This document shows, one piece after another, positions 30,693 through 39,689 of a stretch of 64,000 bases of DNA. The stretch comes from an uncultured Armatimonadetes bacterium. Its GTDB lineage: Bacteria; Armatimonadota; UBA5829; DTJY01. Both the position numbers and the translations under genes were made by a program. Location: assembly GCA_963717145.1 (NCBI GenBank), contig OY970325.1, forward strand, positions 800,001 to 864,000, written 5' to 3'. Every line of letters begins with the position of its first letter. Within the stretch, counting starts at the first letter, position 1. The notes beneath the pieces were generated by a model. It was not told the origin of the DNA and searched no databases. It saw nothing but the letters and a program-made list of their open reading frames with translations.

Positions 30693-31903
30693 ACGCCAGA
30701 GTCTCCCTCGTCAAGTGCGAGGACTACACTCCCTCGAACGTCCTCCTGGCTGTGAAGGAGGCCGTCGATCTCATCGGCGGGATCGAGCAGTTCGTGTCGT
30801 CGGGGCAGAGGGTGCTCATCAAGCCGAATCTCCTCTCCCCAAAGCCACCTGAAGCCGGGGTATGCACTCATCCGTCGGTGGTGGAATCGATAGTTGGTCT
30901 GGCGATGGCAGCCGGGGCGAGGTGCTCTGTCGGCGACTGTCCCTCCATCGCCGGGGATTCGCCTCAGGGGTACGAACGACTTCTCGAAGCCACGGGGATG
31001 GCCGAAGTCATCCGACGAACGGGGATCGACTCCATCCGACTCGATGACTCATCCGAGGAACGTGAGATCCCCGATGCGAAGGTCTACCGCCGGATGCCTG
31101 TGACGGGCGCGCTAGTGGAGGCCGATGCGCTCATCAACGTCCCGAAGTTCAAGACGCACGAACTGACTCTCCTCACGGGAGCGGTCAAGAACCTCTTCGG
31201 ATGCGTTCCAGGTCGGCGCAAGATAGGATTTCACCTCCAGGCCGGCTGCAACCCTGAGATGTTCGCGCAGATACTGGTGGACCTGCTGCGGACAGTGAGG
31301 CCGGTGCTCTCGATCATGGACGGGATCGTCGGCATGGACGGCCAGGGACCGGCTGCCGGTCGGAGGAGGACTTTCGGGGTGATCCTCGCCTCCGCCGATC
31401 CCGTCGCACTCGATGCGGTCGCCTGCGCCATCGCGGGATTCGACCCGATGATCGTGCCGATGCTCCGACTCGCGGGCGAGCAGGGATTGGGGGTCGCCGA
31501 TCTCTCGCAGATCGAGATAGTCGGCGCGTCGGTGGATGATGTCCGGATCGAGGACTTCCTCCTTCCGCCGAGGGGCGATATCGTCAGCCGCCTGCCTAAG
31601 CCGCTCTATCGGATGCTCCGGAACCACATGGTTCGGAAGCCGGTCTTCCTCCGGGAGAAATGTACCGGCTGCCGAACCTGCATCCTCGGCTGCCCGGTTG
31701 ACGCCATAGCGGGCGAGGGTAAGAAGCTCAGGATCGATTACTCCAGGTGCATCAGGTGTTACTGCTGCCAGGAGGTCTGCCCCGAGGTGGCGATTCCGCT
31801 GGTCATGAGCCCGCTCAGGAACTCGATCGAGGGGGCCCTCGCCATTCGCCGCAGACTCCGTCGCTTGGTGAAGCGTGAAGCTTCGGGCCGGAAGAGGGTC
31901 TAA
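30689..31903 (+). CDS. DUF362 domain protein with 2x[4Fe-4S] ferredoxin
   Basis: VLIKPN, INVPKFKTH, AVKNLFG; CTGCRTCILGCP and CIRCYCCQEVCP. Confidence 0.9.
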   Translation: MNARVSLVKCEDYTPSNVLLAVKEAVDLIGGIEQFVSSGQRVLIKPNLLSPKPPEAGVCTHPSVVESIVGLAMAAGARCSVGDCPSIAGDSPQGYERLLEATGMAEVIRRTGIDSIRLDDSSEEREIPDAKVYRRMPVTGALVEADALINVPKFKTHELTLLTGAVKNLFGCVPGRRKIGFHLQAGCNPEMFAQILVDLLRTVRPVLSIMDGIVGMDGQGPAAGRRRTFGVILASADPVALDAVACAIAGFDPMIVPMLRLAGEQGLGVADLSQIEIVGASVDDVRIEDFLLPPRGDIVSRLPKPLYRMLRNHMVRKPVFLREKCTGCRTCILGCPVDAIAGEGKKLRIDYSRCIRCYCCQEVCPEVAIPLVMSPLRNSIEGALAIRRRLRRLVKREASGRKRV

Positions 31904-31966
31904 AGCTACAGATCACAGGATCCGTCAGGACTAGCGGGGTCACCATTATCAGAAAAGGAGAGAGCA

Positions 31967-33397
31967 ATGAAACGAACCATTCTCGTGTTTACAGTCGCCA
32001 TGCTGGCCATCAGCCCGTTGTTCGGGGCAGGGACGGCCGGCGCGCCGAAGGACATCGCGCTGACCATCTACAATCAGAATTTCGCGCTCGTCAAGGAAGA
32101 GCGCGACATGACGCTCACCCAGGGGATCAATTACATCTCCGTCATGGATGTCGCTTCCCAGATCGAGCCGACATCGGTCGCATTCAAATCGCTTACCGCC
32201 CCGAACTCGGTCGTCGTGAGGGAGCAGAACTACCAGTATGACCTGATCAGCACTGACACGATTCTGAACAAGTCGGTCGGCAAGCGGGTCAAGGTCCGCC
32301 GGATCATCGACGGCAGGATGAATGAGGTCGAGGGCATCCTGCTCAGTTCCGCCCAGAATGGTCGAGTCATCCAGACCGCGACGGGAATTCTGCTCAATCC
32401 ATCAGGCGAGATCGAGGTCCAGGAACTCCCGGGAGGATTGGTCTCCACCCCGACTTTGGTCTGGAAACTCGAAGCAGACAAAGCCGGCCAACATAACACG
32501 CAGATTTCGTACCTGACGAACGGCATCAGTTGGCTCGCGGACTATGTGGCGGTGGTTGATCCGCTCGACAAGTTCGTCGATATCGTGGGCTGGGTGACTC
32601 TTACCAACCAGAGCGGCGCCACCTATGAGAATGCGTCCCTGAACCTGATGGCCGGCGACGTTCGGAGAGTGCAGCAGGGACAAGTCGATTATCTCACCAT
32701 GGAGGGCGCCTATGGAGGTATGAAGGCTGCGGCGCCTCAGTTCACGGAGAAGGCATTCTATGAGTATCACCTCTACACACTCCAGGGGAAGACGACGGTT
32801 CGCAATAACGAGACGAAGCAGATGACTCTCATGACCGCCGCCCAGGTCCCCGCGAAGAAGATCTATATCTTCGATGGACTCAGAGGCTGGTGGAATCCCT
32901 GGATGAGTTCCGGCTACAGGCCCGGTGAGAGCTACGACGTGAATGCCAACAAGAAGATCAATGTGCTGATGGAGATCGCCAATACGAAGGAGAACCATCT
33001 CGGCATCCCGCTCCCCAAGGGCCGCGTCCGAGTCTACAAGCAGGAACTTGACGCGAATCAGCAGTTCATCGGCGAGGACGAGATCGATCACACCCCGAAG
33101 GACGAGAAGGTCCGCCTCTACCTGGGCGATGCGTTCGATATCGTCGGGACGCACACTCGGACCAACTTCCGGCGGATCAGTGGCAATGAGGTCGAGGAGA
33201 GCTTCGAGATCAGCGTCCGTAACCACAAAGACGCGCCGGTGACGGTTACCCTCGTAGAGCATCTCTTCAGCGACTGGAAGATCCTTCAGTCGAGCCACAA
33301 GTACACGAAGAAGGACGCCTCGACCGTTGAGTTCCTGGTCGATGTGCCGAAGGACGGCGAAGTCAAGGTGACGTACACTGCGCGAACCAAATGGTAG
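31967..33397 (+). CDS. Secreted DUF4139 domain protein
   Basis: Signal peptide; LTIYNQNFALVKE, EQNYQYDL, FIGEDEIDHTPKDE. Confidence 0.85.
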   Translation: MKRTILVFTVAMLAISPLFGAGTAGAPKDIALTIYNQNFALVKEERDMTLTQGINYISVMDVASQIEPTSVAFKSLTAPNSVVVREQNYQYDLISTDTILNKSVGKRVKVRRIIDGRMNEVEGILLSSAQNGRVIQTATGILLNPSGEIEVQELPGGLVSTPTLVWKLEADKAGQHNTQISYLTNGISWLADYVAVVDPLDKFVDIVGWVTLTNQSGATYENASLNLMAGDVRRVQQGQVDYLTMEGAYGGMKAAAPQFTEKAFYEYHLYTLQGKTTVRNNETKQMTLMTAAQVPAKKIYIFDGLRGWWNPWMSSGYRPGESYDVNANKKINVLMEIANTKENHLGIPLPKGRVRVYKQELDANQQFIGEDEIDHTPKDEKVRLYLGDAFDIVGTHTRTNFRRISGNEVEESFEISVRNHKDAPVTVTLVEHLFSDWKILQSSHKYTKKDASTVEFLVDVPKDGEVKVTYTARTKW

Positions 33398-33425
33398 GAG
33401 AATGAGGGAATGGCTGATGGTTTAT

Positions 33426-34497
33426 TGTCCAGTCTCATGACATTATGAACACCGTGGGTTGAAAAGAAGGAGGTGCATGCGGTAGTCTCTTTGATGATCG
33501 CCAAACCAAAAAAGGAGACCACTCGCATGCAGATCCATTCTAACGCAACCAGCAATATGAAGCAACGGCGGTTTTTCAGGCAGAGTCCCAAGAGCTGCAG
33601 AAAGCTCGCAGATATCTGCCATGTATCGCCGGCAACAGTCTGCAAATGGAAGGCCCGGGGTGACCAGCAAGACCGCAGCAGTCGGCCCAGGAAGATCCAT
33701 TATGCATTCAGCCCCGAAGAGGAGGAGATCATCCTCTCGCTCCGGGACAAAGGTCTAGCACTCGATGCACTGGTGCGTGCAGTAGTCACAGTTCTGCCGA
33801 ATGCAGAACGCGCCAGTATACATCGCTTACTGAGCAGAAAAGGGGTGAGCAGACTCCCCCAGTACCAAAAAGAAAAGAGAGAAAGTCCAGGCAAGTTCAA
33901 AGAGTATCTGCCTGGATACCTTCACATAGACTGTTTCTACCTGCCCAAGATCGGGGGCAAGAGGAAGTATTGCTTCGTTGCGGTAGACAGAGCAACAAGG
34001 CTAGCCTTCCTCCAGGTGTACGACAACCTAACCAAGGAATCCGCAGTGGGCTTCCTTGGACTGTGCATGTGGTTCTATCCGTTCATGATCCACAAGATCC
34101 TGACAGACAACGGTAGAGAGTTCACTCTGGCCAATTGGAGCCGTTGGGGCAGTCCGGCGAAGAGACCTCACTTCTTTGATGAAGTATGCTCAGCCTGTGG
34201 TATTGAACACAGGCTCACCCGGCCGTATACACCAAAGACCAACGGTCTGGTGGAACGCATGAACGGACTGATCCAGGAGGGCACGTACAAGATGCACAGA
34301 TATCCTGGATATCCGGAGTTGATAGATGGACTCCACCAGTGGCTGACCATCTACAATCTAAGGAGACAGCACAGCGCGATCGGTGGCAAGACACCCTATG
34401 AGAAGGTCTGCGATTGGTACGCGCAAAGACCAGATCTGTTTATCAAAGAGCCTACCGACTTACTGAACTACCGTTCACAACGTGGTGGGACTTGACA
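33426..34497 (+). mobile_element. IS481 family insertion sequence
   Basis: TGT...ACA ends; 25-bp imperfect IRs 33426-33450/34473-34497 (19/25); flanks GTTTAT/GTTAAT. Confidence 0.9.
33527..34495 (+). CDS. IS481 family DDE transposase
   Basis: HSNA N-terminus, PGYLHID, LTDNGREF, PYTPKTNGLVERMN; RBS AAGGAG. Confidence 0.92.
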   Translation: MQIHSNATSNMKQRRFFRQSPKSCRKLADICHVSPATVCKWKARGDQQDRSSRPRKIHYAFSPEEEEIILSLRDKGLALDALVRAVVTVLPNAERASIHRLLSRKGVSRLPQYQKEKRESPGKFKEYLPGYLHIDCFYLPKIGGKRKYCFVAVDRATRLAFLQVYDNLTKESAVGFLGLCMWFYPFMIHKILTDNGREFTLANWSRWGSPAKRPHFFDEVCSACGIEHRLTRPYTPKTNGLVERMNGLIQEGTYKMHRYPGYPELIDGLHQWLTIYNLRRQHSAIGGKTPYEKVCDWYAQRPDLFIKEPTDLLNYRSQRGGT

Positions 34498-34568
34498 GTT
34501 AATGGTTGATGGGAGCCCATCGGCCATCAGCCATTCCCCATTAACCATCAACCATCCCCCATTAACCA

Positions 34569-34597
34569 TTGCCCTTGCCTGCCCATTGCTGTATAAT
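34569..34597 (+). promoter_or_regulatory. Sigma70-type promoter of surE
   Basis: TTGCCC-17bp-TATAAT, 9 nt before ATG. Confidence 0.6.
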
Positions 34598-34606
34598 TCG
34601 TGAGGC

Positions 34607-35374
34607 ATGGGCAACAGACCGAACATTCTGATCACCAACGACGACGGAATCCACGCGGAGGGCATCATGGCCCTCAAGACCGCGCTGGACCCGGTCGGCA
34701 ATGTCATTGTCGTCGCCCCCGACCGTCCCCGGAGCGCATCCGGGCATTCGATCACGCTTCATAAACCCCTGCGCGTGGACAAGACGCACCTCCCCGACGG
34801 CTCGATCGGCTACTCGACCAACGGCACGCCATCGGACTGCGTTACTCTCGGCGTGCTCGATGTCGTCGGCGGCAAGGTGGACCTGGTCGTCTCGGGCATA
34901 AACGACGGACCGAACCTGGGATGGGATCTGACTTATTCGGGCACAGTCTCGGCGGCGATGGAGGGCGCGATCATGGGCGTCTCGTCGTTCGCGATCTCGG
35001 TTGCCTCGCACGATGAAGGTATCTCGTTCGGTTACGCCGCCGCTTTCTCGGCTCATCTGGCCAGTATCCTGCTCGAGCACCCACTCCCCGAGGATACGCT
35101 GCTCAACGTGAATGTCCCGGCCGGTGACATCCAGGGCATCGAGATCACCACTCAGGGCAAACGCCGGTACGCCGGGCGTGTGGACAAGCGCGTCGATCCC
35201 TCCGGGCGGTCGTACTACTGGATCGGCGGAGATGTCCTGCCGGAGGAACTCGAAGAGGGTACGGACGTGAAGGCCGTCGCCGATGACAGAATCTCCGTCA
35301 CACCCGTGCACCTCGATCTCACCGGCTACGGTTCGCTCGATGAGATTCGGACCTGGGGAATCGAGCTGTTTTGA
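34607..35374 (+). CDS. surE: 5'/3'-nucleotidase SurE
   Basis: ILITNDDGI, GTPSDCV, SGINDGPNLG, YSGTVSAAMEG. Confidence 0.96.
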   Translation: MGNRPNILITNDDGIHAEGIMALKTALDPVGNVIVVAPDRPRSASGHSITLHKPLRVDKTHLPDGSIGYSTNGTPSDCVTLGVLDVVGGKVDLVVSGINDGPNLGWDLTYSGTVSAAMEGAIMGVSSFAISVASHDEGISFGYAAAFSAHLASILLEHPLPEDTLLNVNVPAGDIQGIEITTQGKRRYAGRVDKRVDPSGRSYYWIGGDVLPEELEEGTDVKAVADDRISVTPVHLDLTGYGSLDEIRTWGIELF

Positions 35375-35378
35375 GTGC

Positions 35379-35507
35379 GTAGGAGGGATTTGCCGGGATG
35401 GTTTGTGCCCGGTAATCCCGAACGTCCTTCGTTACACGTCCAGAGACGCACTCAGGATAAGCGGTCGGGATTACCGGGCACAAACCATCCCGGCAAATCC
35501 CTCCTAC
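35379..35507. repeat. Long GTAG-ended palindrome (REPIN-like)
   Basis: Perfect 43-bp arms 35379-35421/35465-35507. Confidence 0.88.
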
Positions 35508-35524
35508 ATGAAGGAGACGGAGAA

Positions 35525-36250
35525 TTGGAATTCAAGATAATCGACGCGAGCACGCTGATCGGAACGCATCCGACGCATCATCTCGACCTCTCCGCGGATC
35601 GGCTTCTCCGCGATATGGAGACGTTCAAGATCACCGCGAGCCTCACGCTCTCGACCATCGGCGTCTTCTCCGATCACGCCCGAGGGAACACCGTGACCCT
35701 GGAGACCGCGAAGGCCAACCAGCGCCTCGTGCCGGTCGCGACCGTCAACCCGGTGCGATGCTTCGACATCGCGTGTGACGTTCAGAACCTCAAGGCGCAG
35801 GGCTTCCGAATCTGCAAGTTCTACTCCGGCGAGCAGGACTGGCCTGTGGACTCGGCAGCGTTCATCCACGTTCTCACTCAACTCGCCGCCCAGAAGATGC
35901 CGATCATGATCAGCGCGGAGACCCGCGGAGAGCCGTCGCGGATTGCGCGTCTCACGGCCAACTATCCGGCGCCGGTCATACTATGCGGGGTCTGCGGCGA
36001 GAACCTGAGCGAGGTCCTGGCGGTGTCCTCCGCGGCGAACATCATGGTGGAGACACACGAATTGCACATTCCCGGCGCGCTCGAACTCCTGGCAGAGCGG
36101 ATGAGCCCCGAGCGAATCGTGTTCGGATCGGGCGCTCCCCGACGGTCGATCGCCTCATCCCTCTACTACGTCATGTATTCCGAGCTGTCGGACGATCAGA
36201 AGCAGCTCGTCCTTGGCGCAAACATCAAGCGAATCCTGGAGGGCGCGTAA
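35525..36250 (+). CDS. Amidohydrolase-2 fold protein lacking canonical metal ligands
   Basis: ATVNP, ERIVFGSGAP, LVLGANIKRIL; TTG start after AAGGAG. Confidence 0.7.
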   Translation: MEFKIIDASTLIGTHPTHHLDLSADRLLRDMETFKITASLTLSTIGVFSDHARGNTVTLETAKANQRLVPVATVNPVRCFDIACDVQNLKAQGFRICKFYSGEQDWPVDSAAFIHVLTQLAAQKMPIMISAETRGEPSRIARLTANYPAPVILCGVCGENLSEVLAVSSAANIMVETHELHIPGALELLAERMSPERIVFGSGAPRRSIASSLYYVMYSELSDDQKQLVLGANIKRILEGA

Positions 36251-36982
36251 ATGGCTATTGATATCCGCGTGAACTACTCAGATTTCGATGCAGTCGGTCG
36301 TCCTTACGGGAAGGATGGCGTCCTCAAGGCGATGGAACGGTACAGCATCGAGATTGCCGTGCTGACCTCCAAGCTGGCTGTGGAGTGCGACTTCCGACAA
36401 GGCAACGAGGAGCTGTACGAGGTACTCAAGAGCGACGACCGCCTCTACGGCTACTTCGTCGTCAATCCGAACTACCCGGAGGAGTCGGTCGAACTGATGC
36501 GCCAGAGGATGAACTCGCCCAAGTTCCTGGCTGTGGCGCTCTATTCCGGCTCGACGAAGCCCTATCCGAACATGGCCGACTTCGACGAGATACTGAACGG
36601 CTACCGGCGGTTCACGAAGCCGGTGTTCGTTCATGCCTCGAACCTGGAGGCGGTCGATGCCGTCGACGAGATGGCGAAGGCATTCCCGACGCTGAAGTTC
36701 ATCCTCGGCGGGATGGGCGGCCCGGACTGGAAGCGGGCGGTCATCGTCGCGGAGGCGCGGGTGAACGTCTTCCTGGAGACCTCGGGCTCGTATGACTCGG
36801 AGAAGATCGGGGATGCGGTCGAGCAGGTCGGCGCGCACAGGATTCTCTTCGGAAGCGACCAGCCGTTCGCGGATCCGGCATCGATGCTCGCGCTGATCAA
36901 GAGCAGCGGGATCGGAGACGAGGCGATGGGCGAGATCGCGGGCCAGAACGCGCGGAAGCTCTTCGAGGCGCTCGCGGGATAG
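36251..36982 (+). CDS. Amidohydrolase-2 fold protein (partly degenerate)
   Basis: VVNP, PVFVH, NVFLETS, RILFGSDQP, NARKLF. Confidence 0.8.
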   Translation: MAIDIRVNYSDFDAVGRPYGKDGVLKAMERYSIEIAVLTSKLAVECDFRQGNEELYEVLKSDDRLYGYFVVNPNYPEESVELMRQRMNSPKFLAVALYSGSTKPYPNMADFDEILNGYRRFTKPVFVHASNLEAVDAVDEMAKAFPTLKFILGGMGGPDWKRAVIVAEARVNVFLETSGSYDSEKIGDAVEQVGAHRILFGSDQPFADPASMLALIKSSGIGDEAMGEIAGQNARKLFEALAG

Positions 36983-37012
36983 GTGTTGGGTGTCAGGTGT
37001 TGGGTGTTTGGG
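36981..37012. repeat. GGTGTTG heptamer tract
   Basis: AGGTGTTGGGTGTCAGGTGTTGGGTGTTTGGG; same family at 53240. Confidence 0.7.
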
Positions 37013-37060
37013 ATCCGTCAGCCCTGAGTGTGCCGGTAAATGACGGCATGGATCGAAGGG

Positions 37061-37145
37061 CGGGATAGGGCTTACCAGTAGACCTCCGGGAAAGCTTCCT
37101 CACTCGTCTCTGTTGGGGTAAACCACGTGGACATCCATCGCGCCG
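37061..37145. repeat. Diverged direct repeat copy 1 (pairs with 38931-39015)
   Basis: Ungapped alignment 66/85 identical by hand count. Confidence 0.8.
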
Positions 37146-37278
37146 TGATATTCCTGCCAACGATTCGTACCTCTGAGAGCGTCAGACTTATGGAGGAGCG
37201 ATTCCCAGTGTGCATGCGGACCACTGAGAACAACTGCGAACGCCTCCCTGCAACTCGCCCTGAAGGAGGTTTCCAGCA

Positions 37279-38919
37279 ATGAACATCGGAGCAATACTGT
37301 CGTGGAAGCGGCTGCTGATCGTTGCCGTACTCGCCGTAAGTCAGCCAACCTGGGGAGCGGAGCTTCAGTTGGATCCCGTTTCCGTCAAGAAGAACTCACT
37401 GGCCGTCGTCGTGGACCCGCGCATGGAGCTGCTCTCCATAGTGCAGTATCTGAGTGATTACCGCACCGCGCATCCCACGCTGGTGGCGCAGAGTCAGTTC
37501 CAGTACCGCACTGAGGTCGATGAGTGGTTCTCCCGCTCGAAGGATCATCCGGTGATGGAGATGTTCAGCCGGATGGCCTCGAAGGGCTTCGGCTTCGATG
37601 CCCCGCCGAATTTCGTCCTGTATCTGAACCAGGACCTGTCCCTTGATCCCGCTCTCGCCACCGACGGGCGACTCGAATTGGATCGTATGGGCGGGAAGGA
37701 TCAGATGGCGAGATTCGTAGCGGCTTTCAAGTCGTTCGCGGTAGACTCCGGCTTCCCGGAGTTCTACCAGAAGCATCTCCCCTACTACAAGCAGATCGCC
37801 GAGGAGACGATGAAGACCGTGGGGGGCGGGGATAACGTTGGCGAGGTCGAGAAGTACTACGGAGACAAGAGAAACAGCTACTCGGTTGTCATTGCATCGC
37901 TGTTCGGCCACGGATCATTCGGTCCACAGATCGAGCGAAAGAGGGGCGTGAAGGACATATACTGCGTCATGGGGCCGACTGGCGTGCGGGATGGCACCCC
38001 GGTGTTCGGATCAACCGATATCTTCAATTACCTCCAGCGGCATGAGTTCAGCCACTCGTTCGTCAATCCTCTGACCGCTAAGCACTGGGACCTCGTTGGC
38101 AAGTACTCGAATCTGCTCGCTCCGATGGCAGAGAAGATGAGGGCTTCGGCATATGGCGAGTGGCACACCGTCGTCAATGAGAGCATTATCCGCGCGGTGA
38201 CCAGCAGGCTGGCCTACCGTATTGATGGTCGCGAGGCAGGAGACAAGGAGCTGAACGAAAACAAGTCCAGGGGGTTCGTGTTCACGGACGCCCTCGTCGG
38301 CAAGCTGGAGGAGTACGAGCAAAACCGCAGTAAGTATCCGACGTTCGATTCGTATTACCCTGAACTGGTCAAGGCTTTTGAAGGTTTCTCCCCGGATTCC
38401 GTTCGCGCTCTTCTTCCGAAAGAAGGCATGACGATCAACCGGCAATCGCAGGTCGGCAAGTGCATCGTATACGACGTGGCAGAGGGCGAGGGCACAGCTG
38501 ACGCTGTCAGTTACATCACAAAGATGCACGACCGCTTCTGGTCCTCGCGGGAATTGGTCGATGCGGCGAAGCTCGACGAGCCGGCGCGGAAAGAGAAGCT
38601 CAAGGACGGATTTGTCATCTATACAACGATCGGCTCGCCCGTGTTCAATGCCGCGACGGCGCCTCTGGGCATCAAGATCGACAAAGGCACGTTCGAGTGG
38701 AAGGGCGTGAAGGCCCCGGTCGGCGAGCTTCGGGTCTTCCTGATCGGCAAGAACCCTTATGGCAGGGGCTACTGCACGGTGTATGCCGGCGGGTCAACTC
38801 GGCTGTTGTCCGGCATGAACAGCCTTTTCCACGGACCGTGCTCGTATCACATCTTCCAAGGCATCAAGTTGCTGAAGGAGGGTCACTACGACGGTGAGTT
38901 CGTCAGTATCGAGCGCTGA
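37279..38919 (+). CDS. Secreted DUF4932-like protein with HExxH motif
   Basis: RBS AAGGAGG, signal peptide, VDPRMELLSIV, HEFSHSFVNP, NESIIRA. Confidence 0.75.
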   Translation: MNIGAILSWKRLLIVAVLAVSQPTWGAELQLDPVSVKKNSLAVVVDPRMELLSIVQYLSDYRTAHPTLVAQSQFQYRTEVDEWFSRSKDHPVMEMFSRMASKGFGFDAPPNFVLYLNQDLSLDPALATDGRLELDRMGGKDQMARFVAAFKSFAVDSGFPEFYQKHLPYYKQIAEETMKTVGGGDNVGEVEKYYGDKRNSYSVVIASLFGHGSFGPQIERKRGVKDIYCVMGPTGVRDGTPVFGSTDIFNYLQRHEFSHSFVNPLTAKHWDLVGKYSNLLAPMAEKMRASAYGEWHTVVNESIIRAVTSRLAYRIDGREAGDKELNENKSRGFVFTDALVGKLEEYEQNRSKYPTFDSYYPELVKAFEGFSPDSVRALLPKEGMTINRQSQVGKCIVYDVAEGEGTADAVSYITKMHDRFWSSRELVDAAKLDEPARKEKLKDGFVIYTTIGSPVFNAATAPLGIKIDKGTFEWKGVKAPVGELRVFLIGKNPYGRGYCTVYAGGSTRLLSGMNSLFHGPCSYHIFQGIKLLKEGHYDGEFVSIER

Positions 38920-38969
38920 GGAGGCGCCCGCCGGATAGGCTCTGTCTGTTGACTTCGGGGAAAGCCCTC

Positions 38970-39491
38970 TCAATCGTCCCTGTTGGGGTAGACGACGTGG
39001 ACATCCCTTGCGCCGGCTTCGTTCAGGATGCGCTCGGGATCGGCGGTGTCATGCTCATCGACATGTACAGCCACCAGCACCGCGCCTGCGTCGATACTCG
39101 TCATGTATCCGTGCGCCTCGTCCTCGCTGATCCCCAGGTCGCGGAACGCCCCGACGACCGTGCCCGCGGTCGCGCCGAGTGCCGCGCCGCCGAGTAAGCC
39201 GGCCAGTGGCCCGAGAACGATGAGCGATCCGGGGAGTATGACCGAGGTGACGCCTGCCAGCAGCCCTAGGATTCCGCCGAGCACTCCGCCCGCCATCGCG
39301 TCATTCAGGGTCTCATTCCCGGGTGGATTCTCCTCGACCTCGTCGATCTCGTCCGTGGTCTCCGGCGATTCCCCGTCACCCTTGGCCATTACGGTGATGC
39401 TGTTCGGCGGGCAACCGGCGTCCTGGAGTGTCGCCACCGCCTGCTTTGCATCATCGGCATTCAGGAACAGCCCAACTACTGTGACATCCAT
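38970..39491 (-). CDS. General stress protein-like (YflT-like) glycine-zipper membrane protein
   Basis: VVGLF...AVATL, Gly-rich TM hairpin, LGISEDEAHGY. Confidence 0.8.
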   Translation of the reverse strand: MDVTVVGLFLNADDAKQAVATLQDAGCPPNSITVMAKGDGESPETTDEIDEVEENPPGNETLNDAMAGGVLGGILGLLAGVTSVILPGSLIVLGPLAGLLGGAALGATAGTVVGAFRDLGISEDEAHGYMTSIDAGAVLVAVHVDEHDTADPERILNEAGARDVHVVYPNRDD

Positions 39492-39513
39492 AACTCTCTC
39501 CTGCTGCGTGCTG

Positions 39514-39581
39514 TGTAGTGGCCGTGCCTCAGTGCCGGCCTGCGACTGTAGTATGGCCGGCACTGAGGCGCGGCCACTACA
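39514..39581. repeat. GTAG-type REP doublet
   Basis: 27-bp arms GTAGTGGCCGTGCCTCAGTGCCGGCC with one mismatch. Confidence 0.85.
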
Positions 39582-39689
39582 TGACAACACTGTTTACCCA
39601 CCATGCCCTGAGATCAAGCCGCCGGGAGGATTGGCGACCTCTGCGGTCGAAGGTTGGACTAAGCATTTGTCACGGGAGGGACCGCCACA

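Noticed and set aside
37100-37348. 82-aa ORF as a real gene
   Set aside because: Only the last 14 or so codons resemble a gene (duplicated 3' end); the rest overlaps the DUF4932-like start region
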